In this document: piece by piece, positions 1-13,207 of the stretch
Numbering within the stretch: position 1 is the first letter of the stretch
Layout: each line of letters begins with the position of its first letter
Assembly: GCA_965655095.1 (NCBI GenBank)
Contig: OZ296649.1
Coordinates: 52,266,001 to 52,330,000 of the forward strand
DNA: 64,000 nt
Reading direction: 5' to 3'
From: Haplodiscus bocki
Lineage: Eukaryota
Translations under genes and position numbers: made by a program
The notes under the pieces: model-generated
The model's database searches: none
Seen by the model: only the letters and a program-made list of their open reading frames with translations
Told to the model about the DNA's origin: nothing

Positions 1-3000
1 CCGACGTTGAGACAACATTTTTTTTGCAAACTTATTTCTCACGTTTGCTATAACATTCTGGCTAACTTGAGTGTGGTTGAAGACTGGAGGGAAGTCAGCA
101 AAGTTGGCTCTCTTTTTTTCATGTACTTCAAAGTCACAGTCAACGTAGCCATTTATTTTTCTGTTCCTTGTTCCTTCTATTAGTTGCTCACCTTCAAGTG
201 AGCGTATGTAAGAGAAGTCTTCGCCAAAAGGTTCTTTAACAACATTATTACAATTCTACAGTTGCAACAATTCACACTCCCACAGCTCGATGACAATCAA
301 GCCTTCCTCGTGTATATTCCTTTGCCTCATTTCCTTGCGTTTTCTCCGAGTCCGGCCACGTTTCATGTCCTCTTCAGTGAGCGATGGGCGTACCTCTTCA
401 GAGGAACAAAAGTGGTAGACGCATCTATATCTTCAAGCACACTGTTGCAACGTGAACGAAATCCAACAAAATCAAAGCAACAATTTCTTTCCTTTCTCCC
501 TGCATTTTAGAAGCTTTCCTTTTCACAACCTGGCCTTGTTTGTTGAATAGAGCTACATGATCATTTTTTCAAAGCTGCGGGTGTTGTTTTGTCGGATCTG
601 AGTCTCCTCGTCACCGCCTTTACTTTCCAACGTGTCCAAAGACCAATAAACATGGTTCCACACATCGAGTAGTAGCATAGTTGGCTAATATCAATCGCAG
701 CAAGTAATTTGCATTAGTTTGTTGGCTTTGAATTAGAAAACTCATCAACAGCTCTTGTCCGTGTGAAAAAGTTAGTTGGGCCACCAGACTAACTTCTCAA
801 ATTTTTTCAATTGGTTTTTGTCTCCCTACGTGAAGGGATAATTTTTTTAAACTGTAATTTGACTATACAATAGTTGGCTAGGTTCAATAATGCATAACGA
901 GTCTTCAACATAGTAAATGTTTTTGTTGTGGTAATCTTTTTCTGCATCTCCTCTAAAAATGGAAAAACATCGCCATTGTTATATCAACGCAGAAATTTTT
1001 GTCAACGAACACATTTCCTTTTGCTCCAACACGTCTTGCAGGTATTGATTGTTTTCGACCTTTGTAGCTTGTGGCTATGAAAAAATCAATTGGATGAAGG
1101 CTCATTCTGTGGTTATTCCACCTTTCCAGGGTTCATCACATTCATTGTATTATACTTCAAAGGGATTACAGGTACGAAGTTTACTGCGAAAGGCTTTATA
1201 TGGAGAATTTCTGTGTTATGCAGATTTTGAGGATTCTCAAACGATTGGTACGGGTATAACTTTTGATATCTGATGTTTTATACAATTTCGAAAAATAAAC
1301 AAGTTTTGTTGCTCCTTCGAAACGAACCATTAATTTCGATTGCTGAAAGACACTCAATTGAACTACATGGGTTGGTTCGTTTTTCCGATAGCAGTAGGTT
1401 TACTGTCTTGTTCGTTTACAAAGATGGGTGGAAAATAGGACTCAAATGAAAGATATTTTTTTGCACTGTTGAAATGAAACACTGGTAAAGCATTCAATAA
1501 CGCCCCAAAAAAGCTGGAGGTCATTTAGTTGGTACCGCTGTAACTGTGGGAGTTGTGTAGAGGCACAGTTTTTGTTTTCTCAACCACAAAATCATCCTGA
1601 TTGATAGCTTACTTGCTCCATTGGATTATGACGTTGAGTGAGTTTCTCCGAGGTGCTGAACAGCTTAATATTCATTTTTGTCTCGATTAACCTGAACATT
1701 TTGTCCAAACTTGCCCCGCTCTGGGAAGCTAAACTCTTACGAGCTACAATAAAAAAGGGGCTACGAGATGATGAAAATCGGAGTTGAAATGGAAAATTGG
1801 TTCCTTCACAAGATATGAGAAAATGGATACTGATATTCGGACATATAGCCCTAACCACTCTGTTGTCTTTGTATCCTTCAAAGTCTGGTCCTAGACACGA
1901 ATCGACTCAAAATTGAATATTACTCACTTTTTGAAGAGTTTGTGTTCACTTGCGTACATAACACCAAAAAAGTTCATCTAGTCAAATAGATTTCTTCGGA
2001 TCTAAAATACGTTCCTGGAAAAGATTTTTTCAAAACTAGTTGTCTGTATCCGGGTATAATTCACTCCAAAACGAATGCTTGAATGAAAACAGTGTCACTA
2101 TTGGGACAACGAAAAAACTGGATGACTGCAATTATGTTGCTCACATAATATACATGGTTGCTGTATTTCAGTAGTCGCAGGGTTTTTTCGTCATTCTGCA
2201 CAATTTGTCGAGTAAGTTCTCAGATAATGCTCCCATCTACAAAACTTGTATCAAACAGTAGCATTTTGAGTCTTATGAGATCCCTAACAACTGGAATGTG
2301 ATTGGGGGTCGAGTCCAATGTTTCTAGTGAATGAAAAAATGAATTTTTCTGAATTAATAAAGTGAAACGATATATCGACAACTTGTGTTTTTTTGGTGCC
2401 CTTCCTCTCCATTTGCATGTAACTGAACGATTAGAGAAAGCCTTTACCTAATCGTTGTTTTACATGCAAATGGAGAACAAGGGCACAAAAAAGACAAAAT
2501 TTGTCTATGCAAGCCATAGCTACGTCTTTGAGCAAAGCAGCAAAAATTTTTTACTTTTGTCAGCTTCTCGAATACCCAAATTTTGGTCGTCTATCCTCTA
2601 CTGAAAAACTTGACGACGTCAGTTTTGTTGAAAAGATCGTTTAGTTTTGCGACGTTGTCCTTGACGCACACATTTTTGACCCTTTCAGCAGTGTTTTGTT
2701 TTCGTGTGTGTTAAAGTAACTGAATCTTACATTTTCTACAAATTCAAGAGGAACCCAATTTCTGGATTCATTTTTGCTGCACTTTTAGTTTGTTGATGAA
2801 CTGCTGCAGTTTTTCGTCCACTCTTGTTGAGAGGTTTTCTACTGCATAATGGAATAATGGAATCCTTTGCCTCGGCCTTTCAAGTTCCGAAACTACGGGA
2901 CGGTGTTAATTCGAACGCAATAAGTCCTAAAGATTCGTATCATCAACAGCTTTGATGATATTCTCAGAATCGACAATTGATTTTTTAATACGAAAGCCAA

Positions 3001-3290
3001 GTTGAGTTTTCAGGTTGTCGAAAAGCGTAAAATCCTGCAAACTCTTCGTAACAAATGTCACAATTCAAAGTAACATCAGGTTTTGGAGCGCTCTGTTTCT
3101 TGGCAACCTGGTGGTTCCAATCATTTGTGAATTTTTTGGGACGAAATTGAGACATTGGGTGCAATACAAGGTCCTTAAGGAACAACTGTTTTTATACCGC
3201 ACAATATCAAGTCTTGTAGTTTGCGTCCTAAATACTTCACATTTATCTTCTTCAGAATGACTGAAGGAAGGCATTTCAGTTTTAATGGTT
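1..3290 (-). mobile_element. Decayed Polinton/Maverick-like protein-primed DNA polymerase B with upstream zinc-finger region (many stops and frameshifts)
   Basis: Minus-strand fragments in pPolB-like order: C2H2-like LNCDICYEEFAGFY (~3050), CLFCALVLHLH (~2480), FNFESI (~1905), LPVFHFNSAK (~1480), AFRSKLRTCNPFE (~1170), AAIDISQL (~690). Boundaries approximate; runs off the window start. Confidence 0.65.
2377..2505. repeat. Imperfect fold-back inverted repeat (~46-bp arms plus an inner stem)
   Basis: gacaacttgtgtttttttggtgcccttcctctccatttgcatgtaa pairs with ttacatgcaaatggagaacaagggcacaaaaaagacaaaatttgtc; inner aacgatta/taatcgtt also pair. Confidence 0.85.
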
Positions 3291-6200
3291 CATCAGACTG
3301 AGCTGAATTAGGCATAAGAACTGATAAAACCTTACTGTAGCAACGCAATAGAAATATTGGCGGAAAATTTGCTGCAAGTACTACTACTAAAACTGCACAG
3401 CATATGGAAACAAGAAAACAACAGAAAAGGTATAGCGATACACATGACCATTGAAGGATAATTGATTCACATAAAATTAAAATATGCTGTCAATCAATTT
3501 TTTATTCTCCACAGTCGTCATAATGTCATAAAATGGTGAAGTAAAGGAATATTTTATCTTGTCAAATGTGGACACATTGTTTAAGAAATGGAGTTCAATC
3601 AAAACTTTTCCCATATTATGTTGACAGTCTGCCTGAAATTTTTAATCATATGGAATCCTTGGTGAAAGACAGCCTGTCCGGAAAAACCATTCATAAAGAG
3701 GTAATTCCCATGTTACCTAGACATTTTGCCTTAGTAAATTGTTTAGGTTGAACAACTATACGCTAAATTTGCCTGAGTTTTTTTCGTATCTAATAATAAT
3801 CAAGTCCATCAAAAGAAAAAAGTTGAATTGTGCACATTGTCTTTAATGTAGACGTTGAAAGCTTCGGATCAGAGATTCAAAGAAATGTCAACGTAAGTTT
3901 TCGCCTTACACCAACAAAACGAGCCTATTGAACTTCAAAGGTTTTAACCACTAGACTGCAGTTCTACTACTTTTTGTCAAAATACTCTTTATACCTGTTT
4001 GGTTCGAAAGAAAGCGTTGCTATCGTTGCTATTGTTGCCCCTGCTGGATGTCGAAAACTCTGACGATCCCACAACCTTTCCACAACTACACCACTGACAA
4101 TGTCGTTTTTAAAAGTCAACTGTCTGAAAGCAAATGATGTCTGTTGAAGGGCGAGATCTGAGTTTGTGCGAACTGTATTTTTGAACAATGAAGTACCATA
4201 GAAGTTTGGAACGAAAGAGACGTAAAAAGTTAAATTTAATACAACAAATCCGACAATGTTTTTATCCCAGCATCTACTATAACGAGTTAGCAAACGATCG
4301 AACAAAAGGTCAATCATAAGCAAATTGTTTCATAATTGCAATTTCAAGACACAGTTATGTCTTATCCTCCGAGATGAGTTGAGTAATTCTGAAAAAATAT
4401 TGGTTTTTTGATCAACAGTTTCTGCAACGTTTGCAATGATGCTGATCGAGCGGAAGAGTGTTTACAATTTCCTATACCGAAACCCAAAGTTGAGATCGGA
4501 TCTGCAGAACCAAGAGACAATCCTTCTGTTCTTTACTATAAATATGTCATTGAACACTCAAACCGAAAATTATGTTTCTCGTTCACTTTTGAAAAAAACT
4601 GGAATTTTTCCATCAAAAAGTTTGAACAACACAACAGGAATTTCAAACCCACCAAAACTATTAACTTTAGCTATCGCAAAAAGTGCCACCTGGACGAAGA
4701 CTGATCTTAAGTTGATTACACGTGTGAAACATATGAGAGCAATTACGATGTGAAGCATGTTCGATTCTCGTTTGTGCTACGACAATGATAAAAAAAACTT
4801 TCATGGGAACGTCTCTTGTCCGAATGAAGTGTGTTCTGGGAAACTTTACGTGCACAAAATAATTTTCAAATCTCTCAATGTTTATCAATGTCCAGAATGC
4901 ACTTCCTTGTGACATACGGGCAAGGTTTTCTCTGAAAATTGAACAAAAGTGTTTCTTTGCTGTGGCATCAGGGCATCTATGGCTCTGAAGAAGTTCGATA
5001 GGCAACCAAAAGTAACATTGGAGAAGTCTTCTGTCACACAAAGTATTTTGCCACACAAGAGTGTGTCCTTGTGAAACATGGAAAGAGAGTGTGAACGTTC
5101 AGCACAGCAATGCAAAATGTTCAGCAGATTTTGAAACTTCGTTTCAGGTATCAACTTCGAATAATTGAAGTTCGGGATGGTGATTGAGCAGTTTGTTTTG
5201 TCAAAAAGACGCGTCGTGACTACGAAGCAGAAAAATCGACCCCTTTGCTACAAAAGTATCTCCGCAAAAACATTCAGCAACACTTCGACCCGTCAAACAG
5301 GCCAAGGTCGTTCACTCTATGGCATAATTGTGTCAAGTATCCGTTAGTTGATGAGATTGTGCAGACTTTCAAATTTGTTTTACTTCATACAACTTCAAAG
5401 TTCAATCACGCAGGATGATCTTTTCAGTTTCCAACGACGGTATCCAGTTGGCTCTTGACTTTCATATAGAGTCAGTTATTCTGGATGTAGAAAACCTCGT
5501 CCAGGAGGGGACATAACTTTCTAGAAAATTCGTCTGCCAGCATCGAACTAGCTACTTCAGCAATGACATTAGTTTTTGGACGATTATCTAGCACGGATTG
5601 CAAAAATTAAAAATCAGCAAAGAGTTTTGGACAAGCAGGACAAAGTAATCTCGATTGTAATCTAGAGGCGATGGATACCAGCGAATTTCTCATGTCTCAG
5701 CTGGAAGATTATCAATTTCACTGGGAGAACCCTGACTTGAACAAAGACACAGTCTTTTGACCGGGTGGAGACAGTCCCTTTTGCCCTTCAACTTTCAACT
5801 ATTGAAGATAAATTCTGCGGTTGAAAACCCGATTCCGGTTGACGTCGAGTCAGACGAAGAGAATTCACCAATATCAACCCCAGTATCTGAGCAACCGAAA
5901 GAGCGTCCCAGATTGCTAAGAAGTCGCTGTTTCCGAACCCGAAAAATTCTTCTTGAAAGTGTTTGCAGAAAGTGGTTCAATAGTTGCTATTCACTAGGTG
6001 ATTTGAAAAACCAGTTTTTCAAAATTTTTCAGTTAAACTTTATCTTATTGAAAAACTAGTCTAAAATTTGCGAGATAAAAACAACTTTTTTTGCAATCTT
6101 ACTGGTAGCAACCAATCTTTGCATATAACAAGTTAAAAAAAAAGAACGGGATAACACGTCGAAATCAAAATTAAAGTCACTGTCAAGAGGAGTACAGAAA

Positions 6201-6299
6201 AAAATGATGGAAAAACCATTGCTACTATCTAGTTGACGCAGTTCTTTTCAACTGTAATTGTTTGTTTGGTACAGGGGAAAATATTGCAAAAAAGACGGT

Positions 6300-6780
6300 G
6301 GAACTATGTTACAATATAACATAGAAAGTCATGAATTTTTTTACTTGAAGTCTCAACTTCTGTATCTCTTTTGAATTGAAAACTGACACGTTCTGATAAA
6401 ATCGATTCAAAGTTAGAGAAGTTGTAAAATTCTGAACTCAAAATCTCAAACGTTCCATCTATTTTGATTGAAGAATTTTTTTTCAAGAAGCTTCTGCTTC
6501 AGAATTTTTGCTTCTCGAAAGAGCACGAAAAGTTCAAAAATCGTTGTCTTTACGAAGTAACGTGAGTCAAAACCTGATTTCAGGATTCCATGTTTTCCCT
6601 CAATTTCTGAATATTTGATTTTTTTTAAGTTCAAAATTTGACGTCTTGTAAAACTTCTAGTTCGAAATCTAGCGTGACGTCGGAGAGTTGTTTCACAAAG
6701 TGACTCGTCATAAAATTTTGAATTCAAAATCTGACGGCGTAAATTTTTCGATTCAGAATCTGACTTCCTACTTGGTTTTT
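6300..6780. repeat. Degenerate short-period (~30 bp) minisatellite-like tract
   Basis: Recurrent ttcaaaat(c/t)tgacg-like motif near 6630, 6662, 6723 and 6752. Confidence 0.4.
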
Positions 6781-9700
6781 CAGGTTCTCGTTGACTTGTC
6801 ATTCCTCTTGTTAACGCGCATAGCAAATTGTTGAACAGAGCTAAAATATATGACTCTGGTTTGAAATCAGCCACCACTTGTATAAACTAAAACTAGAATA
6901 CACTACAATTCCCCTATAAATTCGAGATAATTTCTTTTCTGACGGCATAAAAATCTGTCTTAGAGACTTTAGAGTGAAATTTTTGCGGAGCATAGCCTTT
7001 GCCAATCAAAAGTGTTTCTCACGATACATCAATCTGGAAGAGGTAAACTGCCCGCAATAAAATAAGTTGCAGCCATAGTTTTTACCGGTTCCGTGGCGCA
7101 ACATGAAGAACAACTCAGAGAAATTGAGGATCACAGCGAATCAATGCGTTACTTAGACTGGTTCCGGGATGATATCTATCAAAATGTTGGTACCAAACAA
7201 GAATAACAAAGGAAATTGGAAAAATATTTTTGTCGATTGGGTGGCATGTGCTTGTTTAACGATTGATGGTCTTTCATAGGTATTTGCCTTTTGATGGTCA
7301 TTAGAATTGTGCTTTTTCCAATGGTAATTGTTGTTGGACTACCAATAGACGTAAACAATTTCTTTGTGTACATGTCAAACTTCTTCTTTCCAGCTTGATC
7401 AATTCTTTCTGCAGAGACTGATTCATTGTTTTACCTTGATTTGGTCTATGAAAAACGGCTCAACAAATGCTTTCTATACCTTTCCTACGGAAATATTTCT
7501 ACAATGCTGGACATTTTCTTCAATTACTGACTGTTTGAGTGAAATTGTTGATCTCTGCACACTATTGCACACTTGTGCACTCTTGGTAAGAGTTTTGTCA
7601 CTGAACCGATTTTTGTTGAGCGTAAAAAAGCAGTCAATGAGTTGGATGATTTTTCACAAACAAACCATTTTCTGTAGCATTTCGTCAATGTTTCCCTTCA
7701 ATGCACGGCAGTCTCTGCAAATGATTAGAAGGGCCAATTTGTCATAGTGCTGGGCAAGGCAGTACTTTCTACCCACATTGTTTTCTTCGTATAAGCTTTC
7801 AGAAACAAAAAACTCAAATGAAAAGGTTGCGCCTGAGCTAGTACTACTTTGCAACAAACTAAAAACCACCTGGTTGTTATAGAAGTTTAGTGAACCAATT
7901 AGTCTGAAAAACATAGTATAAGTATTTTGGCACAAAAGAAACAACAAAGGGAGGAGGTTCTAATTACGGTTCTTAGTTTTGGAATAAATATTTAAAAAGA
8001 CCAAAAGAAAGAAGAATCTCAATAAACGAAAATAGCACGTGACGATGATTATTTCAAGTTTTCAGAAGCGTACAGAAGCAACTATTTGCCGCTCCGAAAG
8101 ACATTTGGTTTCAATCTCAAGAAGCAAATCAATTCTTTCATCAGCCAATTTGATCTCTCAACAACCAAACTCTTGGCCTACAGCACTACTGTTTCCTCGG
8201 ACAAGCTACCTTGCACCATTTTTGTGAACTTTGGTAAATGCCAAAGTAGAGCTGGACAGTTTTCTTTGCCCAACGGTCACTCCAATTCATTAGTAAATAA
8301 ACTCGACTTCTTTAAGAAAGCTTATAACAGAGGTTTTTGCCTGATTCAAAGTCTCACATTGGGAGAGACAGACTTCAACCAATTTATGTGACTACTAATG
8401 GCGCTGTTTGTTGCGGCAGAAATTTTTAGCAGCAAGAAAAACTTGTTTCCTGTCCAGATAAAGACAATTTCCGAAGATATGAATAGAAAACTTAAGCTGG
8501 CTCACAAAAAAGTTGACGCTGTGGATCGTCCATTCAGAAACATTTGTGATTCTGCTGCGGTACAGTGGGGTTAAGCCGGAGGGTTCAAAAGCTCAATGAC
8601 CCCTATTTGCAAGTGAGAAGGAGGAAAAAAGCTTCCTTGTATAGTTCAATGGGAAAAAAAGTTTGTAGAATTCGTACATCTTCTCGATGTAATGAATTCT
8701 GATTATGATGAAGTTCCAGCAATTTACACCATTTGCAAAGTCTTCTGAAAATAATTGAAAATTTTTACTCGGGATCATTTTTTACTTTCTGGAGTGTTGA
8801 TGTAATGAAATATTGGAGAAAATAAAAACTTTTATCGCCAGCTAAGATCAAAATTGGGACTTTATCATCTTTCACTAACAACTCCAAAAACGTCACCCAA
8901 AAATACAAACACTAACTCTAGTCGACAAGCAACAGTTACCAGACGATGAAAACACAGATCCCAAAGAACAAGTTAGCCTAGAATGGCAACATACATTGGT
9001 AGAAGAAATGTATGTGCAAACTTCAATACTGATACAGACAAGCTGAAGGTTGCCCTATACCGCTACGGAAATTTTTTAAACATGAGATAATGAAATCGAT
9101 CTGAAACTGGCAAAATACCAGGCGCTCTTGGCTGACTAAGGGCTGGGCTTGAGTTTTTGTGACAATTTTTCTTATAGTGCAGGGTACTTCATGAAAGAAC
9201 TGCTCATAATCAGAACAAATTTCGACAAAAACGGTTAATCTTTTTCAAGTGAGCATATTCCAGTACTACTCTGTTTTAATATTGTCAACTGAACACGATT
9301 TTGTTTCTGAAAACCTCACCCTTAATGCATGGTACTGATGGAACGATATAATTTTTTTACGTGGGAAGGGCCAAAAGTTTCTGTTTGGTAGAATCTTTGG
9401 TTATGGGGACTAGTACTTGGACTCCGTTTCTTGCTACTCCAAATTTTTGAAACAACATGCTATGGTACTTGATGCTGCTGGAGCCGTATGGTGCTAAAAT
9501 GACAGGCAACCTGGCTACTTTCACCTGGTTGGACAAGGACTAAAGCCATGTTTGCTTAAAGACGTGACCATGTTACTAGTTTGTCTTCGGTTACAACTCA
9601 TCCTGCTTCCCAATTTCATTCGTGTTACCTTTTGATGCAGTATGATCTGCATTGTACTAGTAACTGACTTTGCATAAAGAAACGTTCTGAAAGAGCTGAG

Positions 9701-10672
9701 AGCTTTTTTTAAGGAAAATGTTCAGGGGTACTAATTTGGTCCTCCAAAGAGGTAAAATCCCACCAAGCAAAAATTTTACTGTAAAAGTGTTCTGCACAGA
9801 TCTGTGTGGAACGGTGGAATTTGGGATTACAGTGAGCTCTCAAACATTGTTCCTTAAAATGCTAAGTGATTTGCAGTTTTGAAAAAAATCAAGATTCTGA
9901 GCACTTCCTTGAATGAAGATGTGGAAACTTTGGACGACCATGATTGCCCAGAAAGGCAACAACCCTTCATCTCAAAGTATATAAAGAAATGCGTATTTGC
10001 TCGAGTTGCTCATCTCGACAATAAAACTACACTTCACCGTGCAGGGTGCAACAAAAAATGATCGTTTACTGGACAATGCAGCACTTGATTTTGTGACTTT
10101 CGGGAGCTGAATTTTGTTGTTCCTGTCTACGTAAAAAGTCATTTATATTGATTCAGTAATTTTTGCAAGATTTATTGAGTACTTGAGCGCACAAAGTAGC
10201 TGGCTGATCAAAAAGATATTTTTAAATTACCAAAATTGACTTCAACGACAACAATCAAAAAAAATATGGTATTCTCTGGGAAAAACTTGTTCCAGATCTC
10301 AGAATGTGTTTTGTTCTCAACATTTTGTCGTTTCGTCAATTATTCGCGATTGTTTTTGGACAGATCATCTTCGAAAAAATTGTGACACAGCAACTGTTTC
10401 AGTAAGACTTCTGGATAGTGCAGATGACACAAAAGGTTTGCCTTGTTCACGTATCAAGCTCACAAGTTTGCAAACATTGAATTCGGATGGTGTAGAAACA
10501 GGAACACTGTCAGACTTTGCTCAATAACGGCGTTGGCAAAGCGCAGACGTTCCTGACCTTTATCTAACTTTATTTGATGCCGCTGATAAATCTCCGACTC
10601 TGATTCTGAATCACAATGGCAAAGCTAAAGAGAAGGGAAGCTCGGTCCCGTTGAAAATTTCAACTTCAGAAT

Positions 10673-11550
10673 ATGCAGAAACTGTACACACAGGGTGGTG
10701 CTGTTAATGGCTCTATGCGAAACTTCAAGGAAGCTATCAATCTGCCAGTATCGAAGGTGAGAGAATTTTTGCATTCAAAAGCCTCCTGTACAAAATTTAC
10801 TCTTGCCAGACGTAAATTCAAGAGATTGAACGCAAATGCTGGATTCAAAAATGAAGTTTGGTGTACGGACTAGGCTTACGTTGATAATGAGGCCAAACAT
10901 AATAACGGTATAAAGTATCTTCTAGCTCGTCAACACCTGTTTGATAGAAACGTAGATGCAAAAGGATTGAAAACGAAAAAATCCCAAGATACGGTTCGTG
11001 CATTTTTGACTAAGATTACAGAAAAGAATCGGCCCAAGAAAAATTGGGTCGACGGGGAAACAAAATTTCCTGGAGACTTTGAAAAACTTTGTAAAGCTGA
11101 AGGAGTGCTACTTTTTTTGCAATGAGTGAGACCAAGACTGCATTTGCTGAACGTACAATACGATCCCTGAAAAATTCACTTTAACGTTACATGGAAGCTA
11201 ATGAATACAAATGCGTTCATAAATTGACTCAATCGTAACAACCCTGAATTCTTGAAGAAATTGCTTGATAGACTTGATTCCAAAGATTGTTAGGAGTTCC
11301 GACTATTTGTGCATTCTGTACAGCAAACCACTGCGAGAATCTAGAAAACCCAAAACAAATATTCGCTACAGAGTTCGCGGCTCCATGTATGATTTACCCT
11401 TCAGGAACGGATCTGAGCCAAAGTTTCTGAAAAAAGTTTTTTCAATTTTCGCAATTGCTTCCAAATAACAGCCAAAAAACACAATATAGGATGAACAGGA
11501 TGTGATTAACCGTAGTAAACTTTATCCAACAGAGGTCACCAAACTCATAT
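10673..11550 (+). mobile_element. Decayed Polinton/Maverick retroviral-like (rve) integrase
   Basis: KLYTQGGA..LPVSKVREFLHSK..RRKFKR..FKNEVWCTD*AYVD..NNGIKYLL; RPKKNWVDGETKF; AFAERTIRSLK; YRVR..PFRNG; KLYPTEV. These fit the DDE core and C-terminal region of Maverick integrases; internal stops and frameshifts. Confidence 0.8.
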
Positions 11551-11554
11551 AAGA

Positions 11555-12330
11555 ATGGAACCGTTTACAAAAGATTTGGTTTCTGATGCACTTGAGGAGA
11601 TTTTCTCCAGACAAAAGAATCAATTTTTCCACAAACTTGTTCCGGGGGCAACTAAATCTGCAGAAGCAAAGGGATGTTGCAACTTCGGAAATGTCCTACC
11701 CATCAAAGTACAAAACGTTACAAAGGAGAAATTCATATTTCCTGATTGAAAAAATTTGGGAGTCGTCAAAAGTTCACTGTTTGGAACCCGCTCTTTACCT
11801 TACCTTCACGGATATCGTTGAAGCTATGAACACGCTTAATCAAGAGAGACTCAATCACAGCGAAAGTTGATTGGCATTCGAAGTGTCTCAAATAACACAA
11901 AGTTGGGATTTAACTTTATAATGAAAAATCTGGGCTTGCAATCTTTAGTACGGACTAGGGTTACAATTTGGATGTAATGCTCACAATGAAAATAAAATGA
12001 TATTGAGACGAGATGGACCTTTCAAACCAAATTTTGCCTAGGACTTTGTTTGCATTCACTGTCTCATGATAAATACAGATTTGATTGAGCAGAATTTTGT
12101 TGACAACCCAAAAGTTCCTTTACTGTGTAGCTTTCCCTTTACTCTAAACAGTGTACATGAACTGTCGAACCTCTAGTAACCTACAAAGCAAACGGCTGCT
12201 CCTATATTCTTTCAACAGTTTTAAGATTGACTTAAGAGACACGAGCGGTGAAAAGTTACCCATTGTATCTGTTGATATCACTTGATTTGTTTTGATGTTT
12301 AGAAACGCCTCCAACGTTCATTTCTAAGGA
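11555..12330 (+). mobile_element. Decayed Polinton minor capsid (penton-like) gene
   Basis: MEPFTKDLVSDA; FSTNLFRGQLNL..DVATSEMSYP; DIVEAMN; HCLMINTDLIEQNFV..VPLL; IDLRDTSGEKLPI. Lies directly downstream of the integrase, as is common in Mavericks/adintoviruses. Confidence 0.6.
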
Positions 12331-12450
12331 AAAGGACGCTACAAGAGGGTTGTTTTCTGACAAGTAGCGACCTTTTTTCATTGGTTGACACCGTGGAAGG
12401 GGATTTGGTGCGCTTGCACATGGATCATTTGATTTCCTTAACAAGACGGT
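12331..12450 (+). mobile_element. 5' fragment of the next Polinton ORF (RGRGFGALA motif)
   Basis: cgtggaaggggatttggtgcgcttgca = RGRGFGALA, resembling the Q-x-G-x-G-F-G motif of the ORF that follows the penton in Mavericks; truncated. Confidence 0.4.
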
Positions 12451-12589
12451 CGGCTAGCACCGGCAAATTTTTTTCCCAAATACAAATCTTTTGATCAACA
12501 TTTGCAAACAGTCAAAAATGAGACTGCTGTTTCAAACCTAGTTTACGAAGGTTTTCTACAAACATCAATTCCACCACTGATTTCTATAT

Positions 12590-12990
12590 TTCATGCAAAG
12601 GAGGGGGTATCACGACTTTTCGGTCAAAATTCTTTATCTCACAGTACCGAAAAACTTCGTAAAGGAATCATTGTTTCCTTGAAAAATTCTGATAACGAAA
12701 AATTTTTATGGATAAGGAGGGGGATATCACGGTCTTCCGTGGAAATTTTTTTGTCTCACTGTAGCAAAAAATTTCATTGGGGAGAACTTCGGTGTTTCAG
12801 AAACTTTCGTGTATGAAAAATTTATGGATAGGGAAGGGGGGAGGGGGTATCACGGTTTTCAAACAAAAATTTTTCTTCTCACAGTGCCGAACCTTTCGTA
12901 GGGAACCTTTGCTGGTTTTAGAAAAATTGTGGTGTCGAAACTTTTCATGCATAAGAGAAGGGGGGCGGTATCACGATTTTCCGTCGTAAT
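12590..12990. repeat. ~118-bp tandem repeat, ~3.3 units
   Basis: Units begin gagggg(g)tatcacg at ~12601, 12717, 12841 and 12960; shared tctcacagt(a/g)ccgaa core. Confidence 0.9.
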
Positions 12991-13015
12991 AATTACGCTA
13001 GAAAATGTAGATAAA

Positions 13016-13207
13016 GGCTGGGATTTGAACCAATACTTGCCGCTTCAAAACCCTGTCGTTCTACGCATTGTGCCATGGAAACCATTGGAATGGAAGGAAT
13101 GGAATTTCTGAAAATTGTCAGTGAAATCATAAACATATTTGGCACGACAGAGACTGGAACCTGGACCTACTGCTTGAGAACCCTGTTGTCCTAACCCCAC
13201 TGCTGTC
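13016..13207 (-). repeat. Two tandem tRNA-derived (SINE-head-like) segments
   Basis: Reverse complement of 13075-13016: TGGCACAATGCG (A-box-like) ... GGTTCAAATCCCAGCC (B-box). Reverse complement of 13207-13140: ...caggttccagtc (weak B-box). No intact cloverleaf. Confidence 0.5.
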
